Below are positions 1-14,337 of a stretch of 64,000 nucleotides of DNA, one piece after another (the stretch's first letter is position 1; every line of letters starts with the position of its first letter). The position numbers were made by a program, and so were the translations under genes. Under the pieces are notes generated by a model. It was not told the origin of the DNA. It made no database searches and worked only from the letters and a program-made list of their open reading frames with translations. The stretch is from Oikopleura dioica. Taxonomy: Eukaryota; Animalia; Chordata. The DNA lies in the NCBI GenBank assembly GCA_907165135.1, contig OU015567.1, positions 3,720,001 to 3,784,000 of the forward strand, read 5' to 3'.

Positions 1-1046
1 CAACGAAGATACCCTCAAAGTAGTCTCAGATGTCTTTGAAGCTAACATCGGGATGTCAGCTGTGGACTTCTTCGATGAAGCCATAGTCTGGGCTACCAGA
101 AATTTCTGTCAGTGTGGAAAGGTGATCAACTCGCACGAAGCAACTAATGGAGACGACTTGGCTGAAGCAGCCTTCATGGCCAAAATGTGGGCGATGGAGG
201 TTTTCCAGATCTCGTATGACATCGAAAAGAAGGACAAAGAATTCGACCACAGAGTCTTCCACAGAATCGCCGCTAGACGTGAGTTTAAAAATGCCCACCT
301 CAGCTGCTTCTCTTACTACATCACTCGTGGCCTGGGACTAGTTGGTTGCTTCGGTTCGATTATGAAGTGGTCGACCGAAATTATAGTTAAACATATGTTT
401 ATTACCTACTTTACTAAAGCCCAGGCAATTCTCTCTGAAAAACCTTTCGGCAACTTCTCCAAATGGGCAGCAATTGCCACACTCCGTTTCTCAACACCGT
501 TCTACGGTTCACCATCTTCAACCGGATTAATTTCGCACACGGTTGAGGAATTGGCTGAATTGGGAGAGGGCGAGTTACTTGAATGGCTCACCAGTAATAT
601 CCAAGGCTTGACCGTTCTGGTTACTAATCGGTCCTCGAACGGTCCAACAGTGCTCAATAACTGCGCTTTCCCAACTAGCCCCACTTTCTCGTCTTTAGTT
701 ATCTACAATAATGCCAAAAATCTGATTACGAGGTGGATCTTTATATACAAGCTCCAAAGTCCTCCGAGCCTAATGGCCTGGGGAAAGGTCGATTCCCGCG
801 TTCAGACATGTGAGCTTTTCTCATATCGCCATGAACACCCACGGTAAAATTACCGCCGGTGTTAACACAACCGTTTCAGAGTTCTTCCCGGTACCTTCGG
901 AGGTCGCTGACCTACTCCGGCACCTTCGTGCAGTCAGTGCTCCGGGGTTTTCCCACTGTTTGAAGAAGAGAGCAATCGAGCGGATTCAATCCCACAGTTG
1001 GAACTCTTGTCTCCGTGAGTTTTGCCGGCTCTTCAGGCTCTGGTAA
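1..1046 (+). CDS. 3' part of an unrecognised spliced gene (5' end outside window)
   Basis: Frame is open from base 2 (NEDTLKVVSDVFEANIGMSAVDFFDEAIVW...) to 847. A GT-AG intron from 733 to ~789 (contains CTAAT) would join it to the 810..1046 frame. No known domain recognised; the 3' exon structure is uncertain. Confidence 0.5.
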
Positions 1047-1699
1047 TGGCGAAGATATCTTCAATCGTTTTATTTAATCCCAATACTCTACGTCATTAAA
1101 GAATTTTACCATCCTCCCTGAAAACCATCAAATCGCTCTCATCTCCTTTTCCTCTTTTCGGTCAGGGTGACGGAGTACATTGTAATTACCGTAGCCCTTT
1201 ATAAACCCTCGCTCTTGCAGCTGGACCAGGAAATGTAGTCTAAGTTATGCTTTTGTCAACCGTATTTTATCTTAAAAATTGTTTTTTTACACGCCCTTTT
1301 GCGTCCTTCCCAGTTTATTTCATCGTCCGGCCTTAAACCAGCTCCCTGTGTTTTATTTTAGCTTCCAGATTCCATAACTAACTTATTCTTTTTCTAATTT
1401 ATTACCAACTATAAATAGCAATCACCCTAAATCAGGGTTAGGCCCCTTTTGCGATCTCTCCGCTAACCTTAAATTAAAACCAAATACTTCTGCTTCGCCC
1501 CTTTTTGCTGCTCGTTCTATAATTTACTCTTATGCCGCGCTAACTCACTCAAATGCATAAATAAAATTTCTTTGCTCAATTTAAGTAATACTTCAACAAA
1601 ACCGGCAGTCAAGATTTCTGACTGTTGGGACGGGGTTTGCTTTTATTTGCATTTATTGAGTTATACTGGAGATCTTGCAGGTTTGCAAGTAATCGCAGG

Positions 1700-4600
1700 C
1701 ACAGCTTTTCTTTAGAACAGGAGATTAAACAGCAACTGAACTTCCATAGGAATATAATGGTAGGTCAGTGTCATACCTCAATCAAGTGGTTTTCAAGATG
1801 CTGGTTTCGAGTAGCATAAAGCGATCTGGCAACGCGAGGGGCACATCAGATGACAGGGACACTGTGTAGGTGCGCCCCTGGCCAGAATAGTAGAAAGTGT
1901 TGTCAGTCATGTCGGGTGCCGTTCGTGGTTTCCGGGAGCTGACGATTCCGCCCTTTCGGTAGAATCCGACGACGGTAAGAGCAAATATGCTCATCATGCG
2001 CTGAATGCTGCGCAGAGGCCAACCTCGTGATTTCAAGTGACGGAATAAGGTGCTTTCAGCCACGTCTTGAAACTCAACGCCGTCGGCAATGCAGGGACCA
2101 TGGTGATCTTATAAAATGAATCAGTTCAGTGTGAGAATTATGTGCTGTCTTGTCTTTTGCCCGGAGGTGGAGCAGGTCGTACTGTAAACTAGGGTATTGC
2201 GGGGTAGGTAACTTACATCTCTTTAAGCGGTCGATAAAAAGACGGTCCAGCTCTTTAGTTGTTTTGAGGGCATCCGGGAATTTATTTTTCCACTGCGACG
2301 AAAGCTTAATAGAAATTTGACAATCTATCTGCTTCTCGTCGAATAAACCTATTGCTTCAGCGTACCTGTAGCCCGCCAGGACCAGTTTCTTGCTGGAGTC
2401 GACGATCGAGAAGTCCTAAGAGCTCCTGCATAGCGGCTTGATTGGCGGAGCAGGTGGAGCTGGAGCAGTAAGGCACGGGGCAACCCTTCGCCATTGTCTG
2501 ATAAAGGTGGGGGGCAAATACTTTATGAGCGAATCGTCTGTATGGGGAGGCAGAATCGTGCAAACTTCTGGCCAACTGGCTTAATGCGCGTGCTCGATCT
2601 TCAGGATCCATACGGACGTAGAAGGGGTTGTGGCCTATGTCTAGTCTGCGATAGTCATCGTTCAATTCGGTCAGATATGGCATGTCTGGGCGCAAAGGCC
2701 CGTCACGAGATAGTCGCTGACATCGTGCCACAAACTGTTGGTAAAATGCGTCCCGGTTTCTAGCATGAGATGTGAAACCAAGTAGAGGTAGGGTACCTAC
2801 GTGTTGTCGATTGTGGTGGCGTTAAAAGGGAATTCTTCGTTCTCCGGCGTTAGTCGGGAAGGAACAACCAGCTCGAGTCGTTTTGGTTCGACGGCATTTA
2901 GGCTTTGGAAGTCAAGGCCAGAGTAGAAAGGGTCGCAAGGGATGATCTTAACTATGTACAGTCCAAGGGTCTTTACTCGAATCTCGGTCATGCTGGTTAG
3001 GTCGATTAGTAGATCAAGGGTGACGGGATTCAGCTTCACTCGAAATCCAAAATCAATTAGCAGTCCAGCAAGTTGATTAAGTTCCTCGTGGAGTGTTGCG
3101 TAAGCCTAAAACATTAAAAGTTTAGATCCATCCCGCAAGCTAAGATAAGGAGATAAGTCGCAGACTAACGCAAAACTTGTAAAGATTCTGTCTGACGATA
3201 CCTGGTTAGCTGAACCACTGCGCATCTTCTCTAAGAATCGTAAGCGAAGGTAGGTGCCGAAATAGGGGAATAGTGCGTCAGTTCCACTAACGACAGACCC
3301 TTCCAGCATCCCGTGTCTCACAAGGCTGGGGTGTACAGGGGCCGCAAATAGATTGTCGTTTGCTAAGTTGATTCCGAAAGGGCCAGTTCTAGCGTTAAGA
3401 AGGGACAGGCCTGGAGTGGTGACCAGTTCGCGACATATGCGCAACTGTCCAGTGGAATGAAGATGAAGCAGCCGTGTAGCGATCGCGTGCAAGGTTGCAA
3501 GGCTGAAAGGATTAAATTTCTTTTCAGTTGATGATGAGGGACAGGGGTATAGCCCCGTACTTACAGTGAGGGGTAAAGCCCGAGAACGACGGTGGAATTG
3601 CGAAAACCACAACCTCCAGTTAGCTGGCAGACTTGTGAAGCGCAAGAGGGAATTTGCAACCCCCCTCGTGACAAACACTCAGTTGGTTTTGTTGTGCACC
3701 AGCTGCTGCTCTCGGAGCGAAGGGCAAGAGTATTCACAACTTCTGGTTGAAATTGCGAGGTAGGATGGTGAAGGTAGAAATATTAAGCCATCTTAATTAA
3801 ACCTCGTAAGTCTCTATTGACTATAGTAATTGAACTATGGTATGTCTCTTACCTGTCTTAACCCGTCGATGGTTTTATCAGAAGGCAAATCGCCGACGTA
3901 CAGATTCTGTGTGTCGTGTTGTAACTGGCGATCAGTTCGAGGATCATCGCACAGGAAGTGGTCCAGATAAGCCTTTGGCGCAAACAAGGGGTTTGAGAGT
4001 AGAGGTACATCCAGAAAGCCAGGAGTGTCGTGCAATGCGCGAAGTCCATCGGTGAAAAGAAGCTCGAAAAGATGTGCGTCCTTGGCAGAGTTTCCGTTTG
4101 GCATTAGAATAGTGATGTCGTTCGGAAAAGATGTGGGCAATTCCCTTAGCCATTCCATTATTACGCGCTCCTGGCCTTGTTGTAGCAAGTCAGCGAGTTT
4201 CTCCCTTCGTGATCCCGAGCGACTGTAGTCAAGCTTTACTTGAGCTTCTTCTGCGGAAAGTCGGTCGAGTACATCCTTCTCTGGTCCGTCTTGTTTGAAA
4301 GCTGCGGAGCCCTTAAAGCGGAGTTCAGTCTGATTGGTGTCGATGAGTGGCCACTGCTGGTCGTGTTGGAACGGCTGATCCAGCTCTGGAAGGGCTATAG
4401 TGTCGTCGAGGAAAACAGGATCTCCAGTATAAGCAAGCTGAAAATGTTCAGAGCTTATTGTCTGTGACTGTCGCGTAGACAATTGGGCGAGGTCGACAGC
4501 GAGTGAGCTTCGGTTTCGAACGACACGACGTGCCGGCAGAGTACCACTATATTCAGGAAGTTGGTCGGCTGATTGGCGAGATCGTGGCTGATTTGTTCGG

Positions 4601-6871
4601 CGGAAAGTGCTGGAATCGGGTAACTGGGTTGGTTGAATCGATGATGGAGGACACACCCCGTGCCGCTGGAGATGTTGGACGAGACGGGTTAAGTCTAAAT
4701 TATCAAATGATTAGCAACGCCCCTCCAACAGTAGGTCACTTACCTGTGTTCGGAATCTGGAAACTCAGGGGTTCACATCCTTCGGGGCCAGTGACAACTA
4801 TAAACACTCGTAGTGATTCCCCGGCATCGGCGTTTCTCGATGTACGCGAAGTATCCGAACTTGGGGTTGAAGGTCGTGTCTCTCCAGGTTGGTCAACAGG
4901 AGGCATGTCTTCAAGGTTGGCCTGGGGGATGGTCTCATTCGGTTCTGCTGGTGGATTTGGTCCTGGCTGATCAGCGGAATTTCCGGGATCTTCAATCTGC
5001 TCAGACTGTTGTGCGGCGGCGGCAGCTGCTTCTTCTGCAGCCTTTTTCGCTTTGGCTTGAATCTCCGCTTGCCTCGCCTCCTCTGCCTGTCTGGCTCTGA
5101 AGGTCTTGTAACGAAAAATTACAGCCTGTACATCGGAGCCGGTAGGTATGTAGAAGTCGGGTGTTGACTCCGTGCGGTCGATCGCTTCCAAAGCATGGTC
5201 GTAAGTCGGATCTTAAAGTGGAAAGTTTTCGCTTGATGAAAAAGTTCGGTCGCAGCCGCTTGACAATTGTCGCTAATGTAGGTCCCGTACCTGTTAGGGG
5301 AATCTGTAGTATGAAATCAGTTAGACTGGAATCGGGTAGTAGAGATGCGGGAAGGTCGCACACTCCGATCTTAAGTTGGCCCATGGAAACTGTTAAAAGT
5401 CCGATGTCGATTAGATATGCTCGGGCGTCAGCAGGAATGGTCAGAAGCAGCCGTAAGAACCGAGAGATCTCCGGTTTTTGCTGTGTACCAATATTTACCA
5501 TGGTCTGGTTGGGGCCTGCCTCTTCCTCGCACTGCTCCCTGGTAAGAGTGATTGTTGTAATCAAAATCTGCAGGTGCGCATGGGTCAAATGGGCAAAGCG
5601 GTTCACAAATCGTAGGCCAGTCAAAAATGGCGTCGCTACATCAAGATGATAAAATGGCTGGTCCAGGACTTTAAGGCTGAATAGGTAGCAATTTAGTCAA
5701 ATGATGGTAGGTTCTGGACCTACCTTGATCTCAAGCGTTGCACTTGGGAAGAATCCAGCAACTTCGAGCTGTTCTCAGCTCGCTGAAGTGTCTGCTGTAA
5801 GCCAAAGTCAATTAGGCGTGCCAGGATCAATAACAGGTCATTCATCAGGTTTGAGAGCATGCGTTGTTCGTCACGTTCCTGCTTCTCTAAATCGGTGCAT
5901 TCTTCGTACTTCAGGTCGAATTGAACAAAGAGGTTCAATACGCCCTGCGCCAAAGGTAGGAAATGGACATGTGCCTCGACCACCATCACTCCGTAAAGGC
6001 TGTAGATGCTCTGGAGTAAAACGTACACATCGCGGGCTGAGAACTCGGCCGCGGTAGATTGGTAGATGGCCCACTGTGAAAAAATCAGCTTAAAAATTAG
6101 TCATTATCAATGGTGTAAAGTCTAAACATACCAGCTGAAAGACCTCTAAGTATTGCTGTAAAGCAATGGCATCGGAGCTGCAAGTAGTCCATCCGAGTGG
6201 AAGTCCAGGCTCCCCCGCTGAGTCGGGTACTGGTGTTTCCAACAAGGTTGGTGGTGGTTTCACAGGCTCAGTGCGTGTCTTGTTGGCAACACCGGTGCTG
6301 ATCAGAGCCTGAGTGCCTACTTCGTATCGAGCAGGATGAGAGTGGGTGGTCGCAACTTCGTTGTAGAGCTCCTTAATCTTCGCCAAAGGGTCCGGTGTAG
6401 GCTCGTCTTGTGAATCCTGCTCGCTCTCGGAAGGTGGGTCCTCGACCTCCCTTGGTTGGTTGGCTTGGTCTGAAATGAAAGGCAACTAGTAAATCAACCC
6501 TTAAAAACTCGAGGCCTGTTAAATCACTATAAGATATAGCTATCACGATCAGAAAGATCTTTTGACATTTGGCTAAACTTACCAGAGGTTTGGGCGGTTG
6601 CTTGACTGAGTCGGGCGCTGCGTCTCATCTTCGCTGGTACAGCCTTTGACGGTTTGCTCTCCCGCTTGCGATCAGGACGTCGTTGAGACACACGTCGGAG
6701 TTTTAAATTGCTGCGCTTAGTTGAGCGGACATTAGCTAAGGCGCGTCCGACAGTCTTCTCACACGCGGGCCGTTCGTCAATGACAAGCTCACTCTCACTT
6801 GATAAGGCGGTTGCGCTACTGGCTGTCTCGGGGTCGTCGGCGTTATGTCCGCCGGCGGAAACCTGTGGCAT
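1700..6871 (-). CDS. Large multi-exon ORFan protein (~1400 aa if all exons join), no recognisable domain
   Basis: Minus-strand ORFs 6527..6871, 6090..6485, 5720..6028, 5001..5624, 4736..5191, 3835..4656, 3106..3678, 2797..3039, 2357..2731 and 1782..2063 join in frame through GT-AG introns with donors at 6582, 6131, 5723, 5290, 4743, 3852, 3201, 2800 and 2216. Joins near 3850-3560, 2520-2415 and the last exons are uncertain. AATAAA on the minus strand lies near 1640-1657. Confidence 0.6.
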
Positions 6872-8181
6872 GCTGGAGTATCCGCCCTCTCGTGGAGAAA
6901 GTAGGTCACTTACCTCCTCCTCAGTTAACTCGCCGAGAACCTAAAGATAAGGAGAATATTACTTCCACTAAGCGAATATTCTGACAAGTCTAGCTCGTTA
7001 AATTCTCTATAACGGTGGGATTGGGTTGGTACTTGAAGATGGATCTCAAAAACTTAACAAACTGGTGGCTCAATTGCGCGTAGGAATAGCTATAACTGTC
7101 CCCAATTTCAAATTCCTGCTTGTTTAAATACAACAAAAACGTAAATCGGAATGGAAAATGTACTTAACTTATTTCTCTGTTCTTTGTTATAAAACAATTA
7201 CCTCGTAGCGACTGGTAGTTGGGGGATCCCCAGGGATCACTTGCTCAAAAATGAGCCGAGCAGTCCGCCGCGGGGTGATAAACCCTGAATCATCAAAATT
7301 GTCAAAATCCATCTGCGTCAGCTATCAGTGCGTCACTGTGGGTGGCACTTTTGCAACTGATTGGATTTGTGATTACCCCAAAATGAAAACACATCCTTAG
7401 GGGTGTTCTAGAAACTAGGTCACGTGATATATACAATCCCAAGCTTGTAGTTGGGAGGGTGGAAGTTCTAAGCAATTTCCTCGCGATTATATAAACAACC
7501 AGTTCTAGAAGCCTATTAGTTTATGATGACACTTGAGTTATCATAATAGGACGAGCAGGGAGGTAACTTACCTACCTGGCTCTGGCTAGTGGACTCCGTT
7601 GGCAGCAGAAAATGTCAAAAGAACCCATCATGGAAACCGGCGGGAGAAATAACAAAATAAAACTTGATTTTAAAATCTTAGGATAAGGTTAACTTAGTTT
7701 AATGAATTATTTTCTTAAAATGTGAATGTTATTTCTCCGTTTTTCCTAAAACTCCTCTCCCTACGTTGAACGAAAAGAGAACATTTACTGTTTCAACCTT
7801 CGTCATTTTGTGTTTCTTCCTTTGTTTATCTGTTATTTTACTTTACTGTGCTCATAACTGTACAAGTTACTGTTATTTTGAAATAAACAATCAGAAAAAA
7901 AAAAAAAAAAATTGGTGCAGCAGCAAACGGCGAAGATTTCGACCTTTACTACGCTGCAATGATTTTGGTCGATGATGCGATCTGCATGTGAATTCGAAAG
8001 AAGATATTTCTTCTAGATATATTTTTCTAAATATGCTTGAATAAAACAAACGGTCAAAACTAACTTTGTCAATAATTACTGACGGGATCATCGTTTTGCC
8101 GTTTTGGTTTTTCTCTTGAGAATACAACAGATGGGACAAAAAACTAGATTTATTTGAAATCTATCCGCTCATTCTCAAGAG

Positions 8182-9515
8182 ATGAAGCTATTTGTCACTT
8201 TTGGAGCTGTGGCAGCGCTTGAACTTATTCCTGTCACACCACCACCGACATGCCCGTAATTGACTTATGATTAAAAATTAACTATTCGAGCCAAGTGATC
8301 TAGACAAGAATGAGATTTGCAGCTCTGCCTGCGCTCAAGAGCTCAATAACTGCAAGGAAGAATGTGACCCTGAAAACATAACTTGCTCAACTCGATGTGA
8401 TGCGGAGGCTCTTGACTGCACAACTGCCTGTCCCTGCAATTCGGGCTGTCCAGGTGGCTGTGATCAATGCTCTGACCATCCAACATGCGAGTCTGGTCTT
8501 GATGAGTACATCATGATCCTGAATCCTTATTCTGCTCCTTACGGAGACGTTTTTCTGGTTGAGCTTGCAAAAGATGAAGTTCATCTTGGATCTGTCAATT
8601 ATAACCTCAATTTTTATGACATGGAAGACTCTTGCTATGCTTTCATGAAAGGTTTGAAATAATCAAAGAAAAAGAATCTCACAAAATTAAGGCGAGCACT
8701 GGTTTCTCGGAGGATACTACAATCCTCATATGATCGCAAAGCTCAGTCTTGATTCCTGTTCAATTTGGCCAGAACAAAACGTCTTAGAAGTGACACATAT
8801 TGATGGAGTCTGGGGCTCGTGTGCTGTGTACAATGATGTGACCCACATGTGTTTTGACGAGGAAAGCACTGGTTTCACAAAATGCCAGACCTTCGATGGA
8901 GAGAAGCAAGCTTTGCTCGATGTAGAGTCAAACGAAGAACATGACTGGGCGGCTATGACTGTTTATAGCAACAAGATGTGGGTTGTCGGGGGCTGCAGCG
9001 AAACAACAAATCGTTGTCATAACTTTGTGGAATCATACGACGGACGAGAGTGGTCGCTAGACCCTGCTCACAATTTCCCTGTTCCTGAGATTTCCGGGCA
9101 TGTCCTTGTTGCCGATGCACGTGGAATGTACTCGCTTTCCGGCCGACCATTTAACCTTTCCCAAAATGTATGAAGTCATATAAAAAGTTAATTAAGAAAT
9201 TTAAGGTCTACATGTTTAACGGCACATCTTGAAAACTTCTCGGAAAGATGTCTGACGCTCAGGCTGGTGCAACATATTTTACCTCTGCAAAGATGGTCGA
9301 TGGAGGTTATGCTTATGGCGGAGAAGAGTATGCGTTTTTTGACCTTTAGCATCACTTAGTTCATTTTTAGTACGTTGGAAAAGATAACTCTGAGCGAAGA
9401 AAATTTCGACTCCGTTAATCTCGGAGAATCTCCCCTTGGTGACGTGTACGATCTTTACTACGCAGCTATGATTCTCGTCGATGGACCTGTTTGTGGTTCC
9501 GGCTTTTTATTTTAA
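8182..9515 (+). CDS. Secreted Cys-rich + kelch-like beta-propeller protein, with in-frame TGA at 9230-9232 (possible pseudogene or allele)
   Basis: Signal peptide MKLFVTFGAVAA; Cys-rich CTTACPCNSGCPGGCDQC; kelch-like MWVVGG...VESYDGREW. GT-AG introns join six exons, and AATAAA is at 9514. Confidence 0.7.
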
Positions 9516-9792
9516 TAAATGAGAATTCGTTCTTTGAATGTTATTTTTATGAATTTGTTTTCTCTAATTTTAATTTATTTTCCTTTATAAGGAAATTAAA
9601 TTTACCTGAGTTAATTAAAGTACCTGATATTGTCTGAGACTCTGAGTGATTAAAAGATGATATCAGAAAAGATGACGCTTAGTCGAGCTTATTCGACGTT
9701 CAATTATGAGTAAAAAAGAACACCGATGAATTCAGAATGATTTCAGACTCTGAAAATTGAACGTGTAAGAGTACTCTCAAAGCCGGAAGCGT

Positions 9793-9864
9793 GGCTCGTT
9801 GGTCTAGGGGTATGATACTCGCTTAGGGTGCGAGTGGTCCCGGGTTCAAATCCCGGACGAGCCC
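9793..9864 (+). tRNA. tRNA-Pro (anticodon AGG)
   Basis: GGCTCGTTGGTCTAGGGGTATGATACTCGCTTAGGGTGCGAGTGGTCCCGGGTTCAAATCCCGGACGAGCCC. Full cloverleaf, anticodon at 9825-9827, A/B boxes present, TTTT Pol III terminator at 9867-9870. Confidence 0.98.
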
Positions 9865-9952
9865 TGTTTTGGCACTGAAGACAATTTATTCTTTGAGAAT
9901 GAACTTCCATCAAAAAAATTTGTTTAATAAGTTTGATAAAGTTTTCGTATCA

Positions 9953-10742
9953 TTAACAGAAATGTACATTTTCGCAGCTACAGCCTCTCGTTAACAGCTT
10001 TAAACTGATGATTTTGTCGGTAATGAAGCTTCTTACTCGTATCGTTTTCTTTCTTGATGGAACGCAGGCTTTCTTATATCCACTTGAGACAGTTTGAAAG
10101 TCAAGATATCTAAAGCCAAGAATAAGTTCACATGTAACGTTCAAGTAATTTACCTATCTGGAGCTTTACAATGTCCAGCACAAGCTCCAAAGTCCACGTA
10201 CTCTTCCTTGATATCAACGAATTCTCCTCCGATCGCGTACTCCAATTTCTTAAAGGCATGTTAAGAGATGATGATCAAATCAATAGAAAAGATAAATGAG
10301 TACTATCAAGATCTTGTTGAGGATAAAATGTGAAAGTCCCTGATCCCGCTCCAATTACCGATACTTTTCATTCTTAGCGATATCATAAAATCTAACCATG
10401 ATAAATTTTGTTAAAAAATGCTCCAGATTATGAGCATGGAGGAACTTTAAAAGACCGCTGTATCGAACGATCTCTTACCACTTTATCAACAAGCATAGGA
10501 ATCCTCTGACATCTTTGGCTTTCGCATTTGATTGGGTCCAACATTCCAATAAAACCATTATTGAAATTTCTTGGCAATCTGCTCAAATGTCCGTCGGTTT
10601 TTCTTCTGAAGCAATCATTAGGAACCAACGAATTTCCTCTTTCTCTTCCACAATCGATGATCTTTTCGAGCTCATCTATATTAAGTGAAAATGCAGGAAA
10701 GACAAGCGTCTGTGAGAGGATAAAAGACAGCGTCTGCATCAT
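9953..10742 (-). CDS. Secreted protein with cystine-knot-like Cys pattern
   Basis: N-terminal hydrophobic leader MMQTLSFILSQTLVFPAFS. The last two exons (43-nt GT-AG intron 10111-10153) read GACAGHC...KKACVP...RGCSCENVHFC*. Middle exon joins are uncertain. Confidence 0.5.
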
Positions 10743-11863
10743 CCGTACGATTAATTTTAATTATTTATAAATATTATAAATTTTGCGGTTTTTTGATGTT
10801 GTGTGGGTTTATTGCCGAACAGTAAGATGTTCTTAAAGCACAAAAAAATGGCGCCATCATCTGATGCTGATATTCTTAGTGAAGAATGTTACGTTAATTT
10901 ACCGGCAACAGCGCCTTTAGATATTTTTTGAAAATAAACGAGATGGAAAAAATAATCCAAACCTGCGATATTAATAGTCAATCAAGTGCATTTTTGCCGA
11001 AAGTCGGGAATTTTTTAAAATTAAGCGTAGAAGTTAGAATTGTCAGCCATAAGAGCTGACTTCATATTTTGAGGGAATCTTCTCGATGTTTTTCGACATC
11101 TTTATCATATGGTCCCATGGACTGGATCGAGTCCACGATGTCATAAATTGAGGCGTGACCTCTTCACCTGAAGAGCGTTTTCAAGTGGAAATCATGGGTG
11201 TGTCAATTATTTCCTGCAATAAGACGCTTCTGCGTCAATTTTCACTTCAGTCGTTTTATCGCAATTAGCTACCATAATACAGTAGTTAAGCCAAAGGCAG
11301 ATATTCTTTCTAGATAAATGATCATTTGAAAAACAGCATTAATGATTCAAATCAGTTTTCATCAAAGATTTTCTGGTAAGATGTCGCCTTCACATATTCG
11401 GAATATTCGTTGGCAAAGCCTATAAGTTATGGGTTTACCGGCGTTTTATAAATTATGGAACTAGGCCAAGGAGAGGGCCGGCATTTTATCGGAGATTTCC
11501 GTGGGGGGAATTTCCATTTGTTCCCCAAACAAGCCTTTTTTCCAACATTCCGTTTGGTCCCCAAACAATTAACAATAACAAGCCACTTTTTTCGAATTTT
11601 TCTTTCGAAGGAGGGGTCAAATAAGGCTGGCAAGACTAATCGATCGATTTTCCCATTTCAAATCGAGAAAGAGAGGGGGAGAGAGGGCGAGAGCCAAGGT
11701 CAAATAGAGAAATTTGTATTTCAATTGCCCCTTTTGAAGCTGTCTTTGTCCAGATCAATTTTAGAGGGTTAATCAGTGACAAAAATCTGAACTCTTATAC
11801 CTGCAGTTTTTTCTCTTTTCCTCGACACAACTCTTTTTAAAAAGGACTTTTTAAGATTTCAAG

Positions 11864-13770
<1,907 letters not shown>

Positions 13771-13955
13771 AAATCTGATCTCATGAACTCAAAGTGCTTT
13801 TACTTGACCTTCTACGACTTTATTCAGCGCAAACATTCGACGACATATTCGAATAATCGTCGTTATTTTTGTATTATCGAATGTTCGAGCCTTGCGACTC
13901 GCATATTTAAATGGCCAAAGTTCGAATCGTCCAATTATTATTGTAAATTTTCATT

Positions 13956-14198
13956 ATGCGAAAGATTTTTCTTTTCCTCTTTTTCTACGTTTCTTCATTG
14001 TCGACAAGGGATACGATTCAATGCTATCATTGGATTGAGGCTGTTGCCCCGAGTATTCTAGAGAAATTTACCGGAGCGAGAAAATATTTCGATTTTTGCT
14101 CAATTATGGAGACAATCCTCCACAGTCAACTAAAATCCGGCGTCCACTCGAGAATTATTGTTGATTCACCGGATGATCAACTGTTCGTCTTTGACTGA
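13956..14198 (+). CDS. Small secreted two-cysteine peptide, paralog A (intronless, 80 aa)
   Basis: Signal peptide then CYHWIEAV...RKYFDFCSIMETILHS; clearly homologous to the neighbouring gene. Confidence 0.75.
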   Translation: MRKIFLFLFFYVSSLSTRDTIQCYHWIEAVAPSILEKFTGARKYFDFCSIMETILHSQLKSGVHSRIIVDSPDDQLFVFD

Positions 14199-14337
14199 AA
14201 TAAAGACGTACATAAGTTACCTTATTAACAGTGGGAAAGATGCTGACTAATCTTTTTCACCTTGAATGCCAATTGGATTTTTAATGAATATTCAGCAACC
14301 CGCTTCCATAAATCACTAAAAGACAGCAGAACGCAAA

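Larger units (their letters stand above)
1..7650. mobile_element. Compositionally distinct ORFan block, candidate inserted element (right edge approximate, left edge outside window)
   Basis: Looks more GC-balanced than the AT-rich host sequence beyond ~7.65 kb (by eye, not computed). Carries two convergent ORFan genes with an unusual shared intron signature. No RT, integrase, transposase, recombinase motif or terminal repeat found. Confidence 0.3.

Noticed and set aside
1-7650. LTR/Tor, DIRS or Penelope retrotransposon call for the foreign-looking block
   Set aside because: No RT, RNase H, integrase or recombinase motifs and no LTRs found; the genes are intron-rich.
10850-11420. Possible small spliced minus-strand gene
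   Set aside because: Exon-like pieces could not be joined without arbitrary splice choices.
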